Assembly (NCBI GenBank): GCA_030527925.1
Contig: JAUMZW010000001.1
Span: 93,455-157,454, forward strand
Source: Streptococcus sp.
GTDB taxonomy: Bacteria; Bacillota; Bacilli; Lactobacillales; Streptococcaceae
Length of the DNA stretch: 64,000 nucleotides
Direction: 5' to 3'
Shown here: positions 1 through 10,696 of the stretch, one piece after another
Layout of the letters: each line of letters opens with the position of its first letter
Position numbering within the stretch: the first letter of the stretch is position 1
Notes under the pieces: model-generated
What the model saw: only the letters and a program-made list of their open reading frames with translations
Told to the model about the DNA's origin: nothing
Database searches by the model: none
Position numbers and translations under genes: made by a program

Positions 1-285
1 GGTTCATTTGATGCTTTTAAAGAAGAATTTACAGCAGCAGCAACAACTCGCTTTGGTTCAGGATGGGCGTGGCTTGTCTTAAATACAGAAGGTAAGTTGG
101 AAGTGATTTCAACACCAAATCAAGATAGTCCAATTATGCAAGGATATAAGGTTATTTTAGGACTAGATGTTTGGGAACATGCCTATTACTTAACTTACAG
201 AAATGTACGTCCTAACTACATTAAAGCATTTTTTGACATTATTAATTGGAATACTGTCAATAAACGTTATGAAGATGCAAAATAA
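1..285 (+). CDS. sodA: Superoxide dismutase (Mn/Fe), C-terminal fragment. The 5' end is cut by the window start.
   Basis: Frame 1 from nt 1 translates [48 protein letters not shown]...[10 protein letters not shown], the conserved SOD C-terminal motifs. Stop TAA at 283-285. Confidence 0.85.
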   Translation, partial: GSFDAFKEEFTAAATTRFGSGWAWLVLNTEGKLEVISTPNQDSPIMQGYKVILGLDVWEHAYYLTYRNVRPNYIKAFFDIINWNTVNKRYEDAK

Positions 286-418
286 CCAATAGCAATTAAA
301 AATAACAAAATGAGTTTTCTATCTTTTAGATAAAAGATCTAATATTTATGGTAGTAGTCATTTTGTTTTTTTTTTGTGACTCTTTGTTAACTGTAGTGAG
401 TGACTTATATCTAAGCAC

Positions 419-450
419 GAGAGAGGACGAACCTCGTCTTCTCTTTTGTG
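419..450 (+). terminator. Rho-independent terminator after sodA.
   Basis: GC-rich hairpin gagagaggacga..tcgtcttctct (one G-T wobble) followed by TTTTG. Confidence 0.5.
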
Positions 451-637
451 ATATTCAAAGCGATATAGATACATCGTTTAAGGTGGCTCTATAATATCTG
501 TAGTGGGTAACCCATTATAGAGATTATGGAGCATTTTTGGTTTAAAGTTGAGTTTATTGTGTATTTGATAAGATTTTATTTTTTGATATGCTATATCAAG
601 TACTTAGATTTTAACAAGAAGTAGGAAAGAGAATAAA

Positions 638-1840
638 ATGGAGTATTATAACAGAAATGCGATTGTTTTAGCAGGAGATTATGCGTATATTCGTCAAATT
701 GAGACGACTTTAAAATCTATTTGCTATTATAATAACAATCTTAAAATTTATATTTTTAACCAAGATATTCCAGGTGATTGGTTTACAATGTTACGATCTA
801 AGTTATCTCTAGTCGGTGTGGAGTTAATAGATATTAAATTATTGGATGAAGAATTTGATTTAGAATGGACTGCGGGCTTTTCACATATTAATTATATGGC
901 TTTTGCCAGGTATTTTATTCCTAAATATGTAGATGAAGACATTGTTTTATATCTTGATTCTGATTTAGTAGTTACTGGTAATATTCTTCATCTTTTTGAA
1001 ACAGATTTAGGAGAAAATTCTCTTGGTGCGGTATATGCTCTTCATGGAATGACTGCATTCTTTAATTCGGGAGTGTTATTAATTAACAACAAGAGGTGGA
1101 AAGAGGAGAATGTTTTTGACCATTTAATTGATTTGACTCGGAAAGAATGGAAAAATGTTGATGAGGGTGATCAAAGCATTCTAAATATGCTTTTTAAAGG
1201 GAAATGGACTCCACTTGAAAGTAAGTATAACTTTCCTATAGGCTACGATTATGGTGCTTTTTGTTTAAATCAAGATAGTGTTTTTGAAATTCCTTTAGAT
1301 CCGATTCCGCTAATTTTACATTATATTTCATCTGATAAGCCTTGGTTGACATACTCAAAAGGTCGATTAAGGGAGGTGTGGTGGTTTTATAATGGCTTGG
1401 ATTGGTCAGAAATTATTGAAAAATCTGGAGTAGAAGTTGATAAACAAATTAAATTAATTGAGTTTAGAAAACAAGCTTTTACCTTAACTAATGCTCAAGA
1501 AATGGAGCATTTACTAGAATTAGTAGCAAGTTTACCAGAATATCATTTCCATATTGCTGCATACACTCCTATGGGGAATATTTTACTTAGATATGAGCAA
1601 TATCCTAATGTCAGTCTCTATCCAAATGTAATGCCAGTTATTATAGATCAACTAATTACTCAGTCAGATGTTTATTTAGATATTAATCACGGTAATAAAT
1701 TCACAGATATTATCTTAAAAGCAAAAGAAAAAGGCAAAGAGATTATTGCTTTTGATACAACTCAACAAGAGGATGTTGAGGAACAAATTTTCCCTACGAG
1801 TGAACCTGAAAAATTAATTAATTATTTGAAAAATTTATAA
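638..1840 (+). CDS. Glycosyltransferase family 8 (LgtC/GlyE-like) with an extra C-terminal domain of about 130 aa.
   Basis: DSD (DxD) motif in YLDSDLVVTGN and NSGVLLINN motif, both typical of retaining GT8 enzymes. 400 aa, with RBS-like aggaaagag before the ATG. Confidence 0.7.
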   Translation: MEYYNRNAIVLAGDYAYIRQIETTLKSICYYNNNLKIYIFNQDIPGDWFTMLRSKLSLVGVELIDIKLLDEEFDLEWTAGFSHINYMAFARYFIPKYVDEDIVLYLDSDLVVTGNILHLFETDLGENSLGAVYALHGMTAFFNSGVLLINNKRWKEENVFDHLIDLTRKEWKNVDEGDQSILNMLFKGKWTPLESKYNFPIGYDYGAFCLNQDSVFEIPLDPIPLILHYISSDKPWLTYSKGRLREVWWFYNGLDWSEIIEKSGVEVDKQIKLIEFRKQAFTLTNAQEMEHLLELVASLPEYHFHIAAYTPMGNILLRYEQYPNVSLYPNVMPVIIDQLITQSDVYLDINHGNKFTDIILKAKEKGKEIIAFDTTQQEDVEEQIFPTSEPEKLINYLKNL

Positions 1841-1921
1841 AAAACACAAGATAATGTATACTTTTATGGTGTTATAACAAAAAACTTAACTAGAGGAATA
1901 GAAGAAAATAGATTGTAGAAA

Positions 1922-1962
1922 TTAAAAATCCATTGAAGAAGGACTTCAATGGATTTTTGTAA
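1922..1962. terminator. Bidirectional terminator between convergent genes.
   Basis: aaaaatccattgaag-aagg-acttcaatggattttt is a perfect 14-bp hairpin flanked by A and T runs on both strands. Confidence 0.55.
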
Positions 1963-1973
1963 CGTTATTTGTT

Positions 1974-3170
1974 TTAAACTAATCTCTTCATCATTTCAAT
2001 AAAGGCTTGTCTAGTCTCTTCAGTGAGAGTTTTTAGTGATATACCATTCCTGCTAAATTGTTTATTTGTTTTACTCTTTTGCTGTTTTAATGAAGGTGTT
2101 GTAAATGGTAAACCATGGTTGTTAATAGCGTCAGTAATGAATATGGGGTCATTATAATCAATTGGCTCAATATCTAAGTAATCGTGATTTATATCATTTT
2201 GATTAGCATAATTAAAACTGGCACTGTTAACGATTGCATTTTTTTTAGTCTCTTTTATGTCAGTAGCAATTAGAAATTGTCCGCTACTTGTTAAAATAAA
2301 TTCTGAATGAAATGAAATTAAAATTTTAAAATTTGTGACTTCAATATGGTCAGGATAAATAGGAATGATATGATCCTCCTTATCGTATCCCTTAGCAATT
2401 TTATTATGGTATCTTGCAGATTCTAAAAGAGTATATTGGTTTTCTTCAAGAGTGTTCAGATATCTAGCTAAAGCATTGGCATCATTATCTCTTTTTAGTT
2501 TAAAATGTTTTCTAATCCAAGTTGCTTGTTGGAGAGAAAAAAGATAACGTAGTTGGTGTGTTTTTCTGGCTAGATCGGTACTTTGAGACAATTCATGTTC
2601 AGGAAATGCTGTAGTCACAATTTGACTAAAATCTTCCCAAAAGGGGTCTGTGGGTCTTAAATCATCATCAAAATGATTCAGCATACTAGTAATTTGTCTC
2701 TTATTTAAACTTAACATTTTAGGAAAATGTATATAAGACAATAAGAATTTTAAACTTTCTTTTGCTTGTTTTTGATTTTTTCTTGTCGTTTGATATTGCC
2801 AAAGTTTTAAAAATTTGGGATTGCCAATTTTTTGGGATTCTTGGAATTGTTGCTTAATTAAATTAGTATTTAGTCGATTATTGAGATGACTTAGTTCTAA
2901 AGAAGTGAGATAGTGTTGGTTGATAACTTGTTTTTTCCATCCCTGTTGTCTTAACTGACTAATTTGCTTCAAGATAACTGGCTTTACGTTAATTTTTTCT
3001 ATAAAGTTTAATTTTTGATAGTCTTTATTATGCTTTGTAAAGTATGTGTATTCAGAAAAATAAGGTTGATAATGATTAACTTTTTTTTGATAATCTGAGT
3101 AGTGATTATAGGCAATAAGTGATAAAAGAAATAAAATTAATGCAGTGTACCCAATTTTTATAATTCTCAT
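1974..3170 (-). CDS. Hypothetical protein with an N-terminal signal anchor, 398 aa, function unknown.
   Basis: Long ORF with a hydrophobic N-terminus ([16 protein letters not shown]) and no recognisable catalytic motif. It overlaps the queA start by 4 nt (ATGA), suggesting co-transcription. Confidence 0.45.
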   Translation of the reverse strand: MRIIKIGYTALILFLLSLIAYNHYSDYQKKVNHYQPYFSEYTYFTKHNKDYQKLNFIEKINVKPVILKQISQLRQQGWKKQVINQHYLTSLELSHLNNRLNTNLIKQQFQESQKIGNPKFLKLWQYQTTRKNQKQAKESLKFLLSYIHFPKMLSLNKRQITSMLNHFDDDLRPTDPFWEDFSQIVTTAFPEHELSQSTDLARKTHQLRYLFSLQQATWIRKHFKLKRDNDANALARYLNTLEENQYTLLESARYHNKIAKGYDKEDHIIPIYPDHIEVTNFKILISFHSEFILTSSGQFLIATDIKETKKNAIVNSASFNYANQNDINHDYLDIEPIDYNDPIFITDAINNHGLPFTTPSLKQQKSKTNKQFSRNGISLKTLTEETRQAFIEMMKRLV

Positions 3171-4195
3171 TGGACAAACATGGCATCGCCAAAACTAAAG
3201 AAACGGTAATTTTCTTCAACTGCATGTTTGTAGGCATCTAGTACAAATTCACGGCCAGCAAAAGCTGAAACTAACATGACTAAAGTAGATTTTGGAAGAT
3301 GAAAATTAGTAGAAAAAGCATCAACGATTTTAAATTGGTAACCTGGCTTGATAAAAATATTTGTCCAACCAGAATCGGCTTTAATGTCCCCGTTAAATTT
3401 ATTACCAATTGTTTCTAACGTACGGATTGAAGTAGTACCGACAGCTACTATTCGTCCATTATTAGCTTTAACTTCCCGTAAGGTTTTGGCAGCCTCCTCG
3501 GATAAATGATAAAATTCAGAATGCATTTCATGTTCGTCAACATTATCGACAGAAACAGGTCTAAAAGTTCCGAGTCCAACATGTAACGTTAAGTAAACGA
3601 GTTTAATTCCCTTGGTTTGAATTTTTTCTAAAAGATCTTGTGTAAAGTGTAGTCCAGCTGTTGGAGCAGCTGCAGAGCCGTTCTCTTTGGCATAGACAGT
3701 TTGGTAACGTTCTTTATCTTCTAATTTCTCATGGATATATGGTGGAAGAGGCATTTCACCTAGGCTTTCTAAAACTTCAAGGAAAATCCCTTCGTAAGAG
3801 AATTCAACAATTCGTCCCCCATGATCTAATTCTTCAATAATAGTTGCTTTTAATCGTCCATCTCCAAATTCGACTTGACTTCCAACTTTTAGTCGTTTTG
3901 CTGGTTTAGCAAGGACTTCCCATTGATCATTTTGAGTATTTTTTAAAAGAAGGAGTTCAACATGTCTCTTTGTCTCTTCTTTTTGCCCATACAACCTTGC
4001 AGGTAAAACGCGAGTATTATTCATAACAAGAGCATCTCCTGGATTTAGTTGTTCAATGATATGGTCAAAATGAGTGTCCACCATAGTTTTTTTTGTGTGG
4101 TCAATAACAAGTAGTTTTGAGCTATCTCTTTTTTCTAATGGAGTTTGTGCAATTAATCTTTCAGGCAAATCAAAATCAAAATCATTCGTGTTCAT
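3167..4195 (-). CDS. queA: S-adenosylmethionine:tRNA ribosyltransferase-isomerase.
   Basis: [30 protein letters not shown] is the QueA N-terminal signature. 342 aa. Confidence 0.9.
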   Translation of the reverse strand: MNTNDFDFDLPERLIAQTPLEKRDSSKLLVIDHTKKTMVDTHFDHIIEQLNPGDALVMNNTRVLPARLYGQKEETKRHVELLLLKNTQNDQWEVLAKPAKRLKVGSQVEFGDGRLKATIIEELDHGGRIVEFSYEGIFLEVLESLGEMPLPPYIHEKLEDKERYQTVYAKENGSAAAPTAGLHFTQDLLEKIQTKGIKLVYLTLHVGLGTFRPVSVDNVDEHEMHSEFYHLSEEAAKTLREVKANNGRIVAVGTTSIRTLETIGNKFNGDIKADSGWTNIFIKPGYQFKIVDAFSTNFHLPKSTLVMLVSAFAGREFVLDAYKHAVEENYRFFSFGDAMFVQ

Positions 4196-4261
4196 AGTGG
4201 TCTTCCTTTTATTAGTTTAGCTTATCCATTATATCATGTTATAAAAATCATGACAAAAGTA

Positions 4262-4290
4262 TTGACAAAAATTGGTATATACCATATAAT
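4262..4290 (+). promoter_or_regulatory. Sigma-70-type promoter for nagB.
   Basis: TTGACA (4262-4267), a 17-nt spacer, then TATAAT (4285-4290), about 25 nt before the nagB RBS aaggagag. Confidence 0.45.
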
Positions 4291-4313
4291 AATATAAAAA
4301 ACAAGGAGAGAAT

Positions 4314-5018
4314 ATGATGAATATTATTACAGTTAAAAATCAAGATGAAGGTGGTAAAGTTTGCTTTAATTTATTAAAAGAAGCACTTAACAATGGGGCA
4401 AAGACTTTGGGACTAGCAACTGGAAGTTCACCAATTACTTTTTACGATGAGCTTATTGCTAGTGACTTGGACTTCACAGAGCTATCTAGTATCAATTTAG
4501 ATGAATATGTTGGTTTATCAGAGGAGGATGAACAGAGTTATCACTACTTTATGAATGAGCATTTATTTAATAAGAAGCCTTTTAAAGAGAATTTTTTACC
4601 TAATGGATTAGCTAACAATTTGGATGAAGAGGTTAAGCGTTATGATGCTCTAATCAAAGAAAAAGGGATTGATTTTCAAATTTTAGGTATTGGTCGTAAT
4701 GGACATATTGGTTTTAATGAACCAGGAACAAATTTTGACTCTGGAACACATTTGGTAGATTTAGCTCAAGATACAATTGAAGCTAATAGTCGCTTTTTTG
4801 ATAGTATAGAAGAAGTACCTACTCAAGCATTATCAATGGGAATTGCTTCAATTATGAGTGCTAAGAAGATTGTATTAATGGCTTATGGGAAAGATAAGGC
4901 AGATGCAATTGCAAAAACTGTAAATGGAGACATTTCTGAAATGGTTCCAGCTAGTGTTTTACAAAATCATCAAGATGTAACATTTATTATTGATGAAGCT
5001 GCAGGGGAATTATTATAA
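4314..5018 (+). CDS. nagB: Glucosamine-6-phosphate deaminase.
   Basis: 234 aa. Contains GLATGSSP and [14 protein letters not shown], the NagB signatures. Confidence 0.9.
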   Translation: MMNIITVKNQDEGGKVCFNLLKEALNNGAKTLGLATGSSPITFYDELIASDLDFTELSSINLDEYVGLSEEDEQSYHYFMNEHLFNKKPFKENFLPNGLANNLDEEVKRYDALIKEKGIDFQILGIGRNGHIGFNEPGTNFDSGTHLVDLAQDTIEANSRFFDSIEEVPTQALSMGIASIMSAKKIVLMAYGKDKADAIAKTVNGDISEMVPASVLQNHQDVTFIIDEAAGELL

Positions 5019-5064
5019 AAAAACCAATTGTTTGAAACTAGTTTCAAACAATTGGTTTTTTTTT
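5018..5064 (+). terminator. Rho-independent terminator after nagB.
   Basis: aaaaaaccaattgtttgaaactagtttcaaacaattggttttttttt is a perfect long hairpin plus a T-run. Confidence 0.75.
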
Positions 5065-5101
5065 ATTAAACTTGAAACAGCAACCCAAAACACGAATAAC
5101 A

Positions 5102-5130
5102 TTGTAAGCGCTTAACTTAATTGATATAAT
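5102..5130 (+). promoter_or_regulatory. Promoter of the nan operon with an overlapping candidate catabolite-responsive element (cre).
   Basis: -35 TTGTAA (5102-5107), 17 nt, -10 TATAAT (5125-5130). TGTAAGCGCTTAAC (5103-5116) matches the CcpA cre consensus TGWAARCGYTWNCW at 12-13 of 14 positions. Confidence 0.4.
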
Positions 5131-5163
5131 ATCATTGTAAGAAGTTAAAGAAAGGAAAATACG

Positions 5164-5862
5164 ATGGTTACTTACCGTAAAGAGGATGTTATTTCAGCGA
5201 TTAAAGATGGAATTATCGTGTCATGTCAAGCTTTAGAACATGAACCATTATATAGCCCAACAGGTGGTGTCATACCATTGTTGGCTAAAGCAGCTGATGA
5301 AGGTGGAGCTGTAGGGATTAGAGCTAATACTGTAAGAGATATTAAAGAGATTCAAGCAGTTACAAATCTGCCTATTATAGGAATCATAAAAAGAGATTAT
5401 CCCCCACAAGAGCCTTATATTACACCAACGATGAAAGAAGTTGATGAGCTAGCGGCATTAGATATAGCTGTCATTGCATTAGATTGCACAAGACGGGAAC
5501 GTCATGATGGACTAGATATTGGTGATTTTATTAAACAAGTCAAAGAGAAATATCCTGATCAATTATTAATGGCTGATATCTCTACTTATGAAGAAGGTAT
5601 TAAAGCATTTAGGTCAGGAGTTGATTTTGTAGGGACAACTTTATCAGGCTATACAGATTATAGTCCAAAGGTCGAAGGACCAGATTTTGAATTAGTTGAA
5701 AAACTTTGCCAAGCCGGAGTTGATGTTATTGCTGAAGGTAAGATTCATTATCCAGAACAAGCCCATCAAATGCAAAAACTAGGAGTAAAAGGAATTGTTG
5801 TTGGTGGTGCTATAACAAGACCTAAAGAAATCACAGAGCGTTTTGTAGCAGCTCTAGATTAG
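5164..5862 (+). CDS. nanE: N-acetylmannosamine-6-phosphate 2-epimerase.
   Basis: 232 aa with the [14 protein letters not shown] and [11 protein letters not shown] motifs of NanE. Confidence 0.85.
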   Translation: MVTYRKEDVISAIKDGIIVSCQALEHEPLYSPTGGVIPLLAKAADEGGAVGIRANTVRDIKEIQAVTNLPIIGIIKRDYPPQEPYITPTMKEVDELAALDIAVIALDCTRRERHDGLDIGDFIKQVKEKYPDQLLMADISTYEEGIKAFRSGVDFVGTTLSGYTDYSPKVEGPDFELVEKLCQAGVDVIAEGKIHYPEQAHQMQKLGVKGIVVGGAITRPKEITERFVAALD

Positions 5863-5876
5863 AAAAAGGAGAGATT

Positions 5877-7010
5877 ATGACAACATTGAAATTAAATAAA
5901 CTGTATAAACGTTACCCAAACAGTGATTTTTATTCAGTAGAAAATTTCGATTTAGATATCAAAGATAAAGAGTTTATTGTCTTTGTAGGACCATCAGGAT
6001 GTGGAAAATCAACGACGCTTCGTATGATAGCAGGTCTTGAGGATATTACCGAAGGTGAATTATATATTGATCAAGATTTGGTAAATGATATCGCACCTAA
6101 AGACCGTGATATTGCTATGGTTTTCCAAAATTATGCCTTATATCCACATATGACAGTTTATGACAATATGGCTTTTGGATTGAAACTTCGAAAATATGAT
6201 AAGGCTGATATTGATAAGCGTGTTCGAGAAGCTGCCGAAATTTTGAGTTTAACAGAATTCTTAGAGCGTAAGCCAGCTGATTTATCAGGAGGTCAACGTC
6301 AACGTGTAGCTATGGGTCGTGCGATTGTTCGAGATGCTAAAGTTTTCTTGATGGACGAACCCTTATCAAACTTAGATGCGAAATTAAGGGTATCTATGCG
6401 TGCTGAAATTGCAAAGATTCATAGACGTATTGGAGCAACTACCATTTATGTTACTCATGACCAAACAGAAGCTATGACATTGGCAGATCGAATTGTTATT
6501 ATGAGTGCGACAAAGAATGAAGCAGGAACAGGAACAATTGGTCGTATAGAACAAATTGGAAGTCCACAAGAACTGTATAATCAACCAGCCAATAAATTTG
6601 TAGCAGGTTTTATAGGAAGTCCAGCGATGAACTTCTTTGAGTTAAAGGTTGATGGTGATTATTTGACCGATGGAAAAGGTATTCATGTAGAAATTGCAGC
6701 AGGTCAAAAGAAAGTTTTAGATCAAAACGGTTATCAAGGTAAAGAAATTATCTTAGGCTTACGTCCAGAAGATATCTCGGCAGACTTGATAGTTGAAAAT
6801 GCTTTTCCAAATAGTGTTGTGGAAGGGGATGTCGTAATTTCAGAGCTTTTAGGAAGTGATTCAGTTCTTTACTGTCGTGTAGGAGACCAAGAGTTTTCTG
6901 CTAAGGTAGAATCATCATTCTATGTAGAGCCAGGAGTGAGAACAAAATTCACCTTCAAGCTTAATAAAGGGCATTTCTTTGATATCCAAACTGAAAAGAG
7001 AATTAATTAA
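5877..7010 (+). CDS. msmK: Sugar ABC transporter ATP-binding protein (MsmK/MalK type).
   Basis: Walker A GPSGCGKST, signature LSGGQRQR, Walker B FLMDEPLSNLD, and a C-terminal TOBE regulatory domain. 377 aa. Confidence 0.85.
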   Translation: MTTLKLNKLYKRYPNSDFYSVENFDLDIKDKEFIVFVGPSGCGKSTTLRMIAGLEDITEGELYIDQDLVNDIAPKDRDIAMVFQNYALYPHMTVYDNMAFGLKLRKYDKADIDKRVREAAEILSLTEFLERKPADLSGGQRQRVAMGRAIVRDAKVFLMDEPLSNLDAKLRVSMRAEIAKIHRRIGATTIYVTHDQTEAMTLADRIVIMSATKNEAGTGTIGRIEQIGSPQELYNQPANKFVAGFIGSPAMNFFELKVDGDYLTDGKGIHVEIAAGQKKVLDQNGYQGKEIILGLRPEDISADLIVENAFPNSVVEGDVVISELLGSDSVLYCRVGDQEFSAKVESSFYVEPGVRTKFTFKLNKGHFFDIQTEKRIN

Positions 7011-7070
7011 AGGAGTGGTTTTATAGAAAGAAAACGTGTTGTCAATTCGCATTTAGAAAAGGAGAAAAAA

Positions 7071-8390
7071 ATGAAAGTTAAAAAGATTCTTTGTTCATTA
7101 GTAACAGGTGCTGCTATTCTATCATTGGCAGCGTGTGGTAACAGTAACTCTAGTACAAGCTCTAGTGATAAAATGAGTGATGCTAAAGGTAAGACAGAAA
7201 TCACTTGGTGGGCATTCCCAACTTACACACAAGAAAAAGCAAGTGATGGTGTTGGAACTTATGAAAAGAAAATCATTGAAGCGTTTGAAAAAGCTAATCC
7301 AGATGTTTCTGTTAAATTAGAAACAATTGATTTCACTTCAGGTCCTGAAAAAATTACAACAGCAATTGAAGCTGGAACAGCACCAGATGTCTTATTTGAT
7401 GCACCAGGTCGTATTATTCAATATGGAAAAAATGGTAAATTAGCAGATTTAAATGACTTGTTTACGGATGACTTTGTCAAAGATGTGAATAATGACCAAA
7501 TTATTAAAGCAAGTAAAGCTGGTGATAAAGCTTATATGTATCCAATTTCTTCAGCACCATTTTATATGGCATTTAACAAAAAAATGTTAAAAGATGCTGG
7601 TGTTGACGACCTTGTTAAAGAAGGCTGGACAGTATCTGATTTTGAAAAAGTTTTAAAAGCACTTAAAGATAAAGGTTATACTCCAGGTTCATTATTTAGT
7701 AATGGTCAAGGTGGTGACCAAGGAACTCGTGCCTTCATCTCTAATTTAGGTGGTGGCTCAGTAACAAATGAAGAAGTTACAAAATACACAACTGACACAG
7801 ATAAGTTTGTCAAAGGTTTAGATACTGCAGTTAAATATATCAAAGATGGTCTTTTATTAAATGGATCTCAATATGATGGTGGTGCAGATATTCAAAACTT
7901 TGCAAATGGACAAACATCATATACTATTCTTTGGGCACCTGCTCAAAAAGGAACTCAAGCTAAACTTTTAGAAGCTAGTGGTGTTGATGTTGTTGAAGTG
8001 CCATTCCCATCTGAAAGTGGTAAACCTGCTCTTGAATACCTTGTAAATGGATTTGCAGTATTTAACAATGGAAATGATAAGAAAATCAAAGCATCTAAGA
8101 AATTTATCCAATTCATGGCTGATGATAAAACTTGGGGTCCAAAAGATGTTGTTCGTACAGGTGCATTCCCAGTTCGTACTTCATTTGGAAAACTTTATGA
8201 TGATAAACGTATGGAAATGATTGGTTCTTGGACTCAATACTATTCTCCATATTACAACACAATTGATGGTTTTGCTGAAATGAGAACATTATGGTTCCCA
8301 ATGTTGCAATCTGTATCAAATGGCGATGAAAAAGTAGATGCTGCATTGAAGACATTTACTGAAAAAGCTAATGATACTATTAAAAAATAA
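7071..8390 (+). CDS. Extracellular solute-binding lipoprotein of the sialic-acid (SatA-like) ABC importer.
   Basis: Lipoprotein signal with lipobox LAAC-G ([25 protein letters not shown]). Family-1 SBP size of 439 aa. Sits inside the nan cluster. Confidence 0.8.
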   Translation: MKVKKILCSLVTGAAILSLAACGNSNSSTSSSDKMSDAKGKTEITWWAFPTYTQEKASDGVGTYEKKIIEAFEKANPDVSVKLETIDFTSGPEKITTAIEAGTAPDVLFDAPGRIIQYGKNGKLADLNDLFTDDFVKDVNNDQIIKASKAGDKAYMYPISSAPFYMAFNKKMLKDAGVDDLVKEGWTVSDFEKVLKALKDKGYTPGSLFSNGQGGDQGTRAFISNLGGGSVTNEEVTKYTTDTDKFVKGLDTAVKYIKDGLLLNGSQYDGGADIQNFANGQTSYTILWAPAQKGTQAKLLEASGVDVVEVPFPSESGKPALEYLVNGFAVFNNGNDKKIKASKKFIQFMADDKTWGPKDVVRTGAFPVRTSFGKLYDDKRMEMIGSWTQYYSPYYNTIDGFAEMRTLWFPMLQSVSNGDEKVDAALKTFTEKANDTIKK

Positions 8391-8486
8391 GTAATTTTAT
8401 GAATTAGAGCCCCTATCTAATATCATGCTTATGAATAGTTAGGGGCTCAATTTATTGAAATCCGATTTAGAAAAGAGGTATTTGGT

Positions 8487-9374
8487 GTGAAGGTTAATAA
8501 AATTAGAATGAGGGAAACCTTAGTATCTTATGCATTTTTAGCACCGATATTAATATTTTTCACTTTATTTGTATTAGCTCCGATGGTTATGGGATTTGTG
8601 ACAAGTTTCTTTAACTATACAATGACATCATTCCAGTTTGTTGGATTAGCTAATTATAATAGGATGTTTCATGATCCTGTCTTTATGAAATCATTGATCA
8701 ATACAGTTATCATTGTTATAGGATCCGTTCCGATTGTTGTTTTATTTTCATTGTTTGTAGCATCACAAACCTATCAACAAAATGCTGTAGCTCGTTCATT
8801 TTATCGCTTTGTTTTCTTCCTTCCAGTTGTTACTGGTAGTGTTGCTGTAACCGTTGTTTGGAAATGGATTTATGATCCGCTGTCAGGTATTCTAAACTTT
8901 GTTTTGAAATCAGGTCATGTTATTCATCAAAATATTAGTTGGCTAGGTGATAAACATTGGGCATTATTAGCCATTATTATAATCCTATTGACAACTTCTG
9001 TAGGACAACCAATTATCCTATATATTGCTGCAATGGGAAATATTGATAATTCATTGGTCGAAGCTGCTCGAGTTGATGGTGCAACGGAATACCAAGTTTT
9101 TTGGAAAATTAAATGGCCAAGTTTATTACCAACAACGCTCTATATTGCTGTAATCACTACAATAAACTCATTCCAAATTTTTGCATTGATTCAGCTTTTG
9201 ACATCAGGTGGACCTAACTATTCAACAAGCACATTGATGTATTACCTATATGAAAAAGCGTTCAAATTATCTGACTATGGTTATGCTAATACTATGGGGG
9301 TCTTTCTAGCTGTTATGATTGCCTTGATTAGTTTTGCCCAATTCAAGATTCTTGGAAATGATGTTGAATACTAG
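8487..9374 (+). CDS. ABC sugar permease (SatB/MalF-like).
   Basis: Six predicted TM segments and the EAA-like loop AARVDGATEYQVFWKIKWP. GTG start 8 nt after the GAGG RBS. Confidence 0.8.
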   Translation: MKVNKIRMRETLVSYAFLAPILIFFTLFVLAPMVMGFVTSFFNYTMTSFQFVGLANYNRMFHDPVFMKSLINTVIIVIGSVPIVVLFSLFVASQTYQQNAVARSFYRFVFFLPVVTGSVAVTVVWKWIYDPLSGILNFVLKSGHVIHQNISWLGDKHWALLAIIIILLTTSVGQPIILYIAAMGNIDNSLVEAARVDGATEYQVFWKIKWPSLLPTTLYIAVITTINSFQIFALIQLLTSGGPNYSTSTLMYYLYEKAFKLSDYGYANTMGVFLAVMIALISFAQFKILGNDVEY

Positions 9375-9395
9375 TTTAAAAAGAAGGAGAAGGAA

Positions 9396-10226
9396 ATGAA
9401 AAACAAAACACTCACTCCCTTTACAGTGATTTCAACTATTATTTTATTACTGTTAACAATTTTATTTATTTTTCCATTTTACTGGATTATGACAGGAGCA
9501 TTTAAGGCTCAGCCTGATACAATTGTTATTCCACCACAATGGATTCCGGCACATCCAACAACTGAAAATTTCAAACAATTAACCGTACAAAATCCAGCTA
9601 TGCAATGGATGTGGAATAGTGTCTTTATCTCACTTGCAACAATGTTTTTAGTTTGTGCAACATCATCTTTAGCAGGATATGTTTTAGCAAAAAAACGTTT
9701 TTATGGTCAACGTATTCTATTTGCTATCTTTATTGGAGCAATGGCTCTACCTAAACAAGTTGTACTTGTTCCTTTGGTTAGAATTGTTAACTTTTTGGGT
9801 ATTCATGATACATTAGCCGCAGTAATCTTACCTCTGGTTGGTTGGCCATTTGGTGTTTTCTTAATGAAACAATTTAGCGAAAACATTCCAACTGAATTAT
9901 TAGAATCTGCAAAAATTGATGGTTGTGGTGAAATGAGAACATTTTGGAGTGTAGCTTTTCCTATTGTTAAACCAGGATTTGCAGCCTTAGCAATTTTTAC
10001 CTTTATTAACACTTGGAACGATTACTTTATGCAATTGGTTATGTTAACATCTAGACAGAATTTAACAATTTCTTTGGGTGTTGCAACCATGCAAGCTGAA
10101 ATGGCAACTAATTATGGTTTAATTATGGCTGGTGCAGCTTTGGCTGCAGTACCAATTGTTGCAGTATTTCTTGTATTTCAAAAATCATTCACTCAAGGTA
10201 TTACAATGGGAGCAGTTAAGGGGTAG
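9396..10226 (+). CDS. ABC sugar permease (SatC/MalG-like).
   Basis: TM-rich 276 aa with the EAA motif ESAKIDGCGEMRTFWSVAFPIVKP. Confidence 0.8.
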   Translation: MKNKTLTPFTVISTIILLLLTILFIFPFYWIMTGAFKAQPDTIVIPPQWIPAHPTTENFKQLTVQNPAMQWMWNSVFISLATMFLVCATSSLAGYVLAKKRFYGQRILFAIFIGAMALPKQVVLVPLVRIVNFLGIHDTLAAVILPLVGWPFGVFLMKQFSENIPTELLESAKIDGCGEMRTFWSVAFPIVKPGFAALAIFTFINTWNDYFMQLVMLTSRQNLTISLGVATMQAEMATNYGLIMAGAALAAVPIVAVFLVFQKSFTQGITMGAVKG

Positions 10227-10229
10227 AAG

Positions 10230-10682
10230 ATGTTATACGATAAGATTGAAAACATTTCACGTTACTTAGGCATTAGTAAAAATTTAGATACAGCAATACG
10301 TTATATACAAGATAATGATTTAAGTAAACTTGAATTTGGTACTCATAAAATTGATGACGATAATGTTCTTGTATTTGTTCAAGACAATACTCTGATTATA
10401 GAAGATAGTCCACAATTTGAATACCATAAAAATTTTATGGATATTCAACTTATTGATGAGGGTTATGAGAAAATTTCTTATGGACAAGGTGATTCTAAAG
10501 AAGTTATCCCATATGATTTGGAAAAAGAGATTGGTTTTAACAATTGTTCTGAGTCAGTTTCTTATTTCCTTGATACCACTAATTTTGTAGCATTTTTCCC
10601 TGGTGAGTATCACCAACCTAATCACTTTGCAGGTAGGGATTATAAAGTTAGAAAATATGTTTTTAAAGTAAGGTTTCATTAG
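10230..10682 (+). CDS. YhcH/YjgK/YiaL (DUF386) family protein, the NanQ-like sialic-acid accessory protein.
   Basis: 150 aa. This family is conserved inside nan clusters of Gram-positive bacteria. Its ATG overlaps the upstream permease stop. Confidence 0.65.
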   Translation: MLYDKIENISRYLGISKNLDTAIRYIQDNDLSKLEFGTHKIDDDNVLVFVQDNTLIIEDSPQFEYHKNFMDIQLIDEGYEKISYGQGDSKEVIPYDLEKEIGFNNCSESVSYFLDTTNFVAFFPGEYHQPNHFAGRDYKVRKYVFKVRFH

Positions 10683-10696
10683 AATGGAGAGTTAAA

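Noticed and set aside
6384-6584. 66-aa antisense ORF inside msmK. Similar small antisense or overlapping ORFs occur at 8113-8355, 9803-10012, 12746-12937, 14221-14409, 17256-17483, 19426-19623, 24105-24326, 24975-25322, 25647-25868, 30005-30256, 31877-32713, 35182-35388, 36156-36392, 36819-37016, 37808-38044, 40089-40307, 40680-40925, 41380-43448, 45328-46388, 52342-56641 and 58657-59046.
   Set aside because: They lie entirely within well-supported genes on the opposite strand or in an alternate frame, lack an RBS, and have low-complexity composition. They are treated as spurious.
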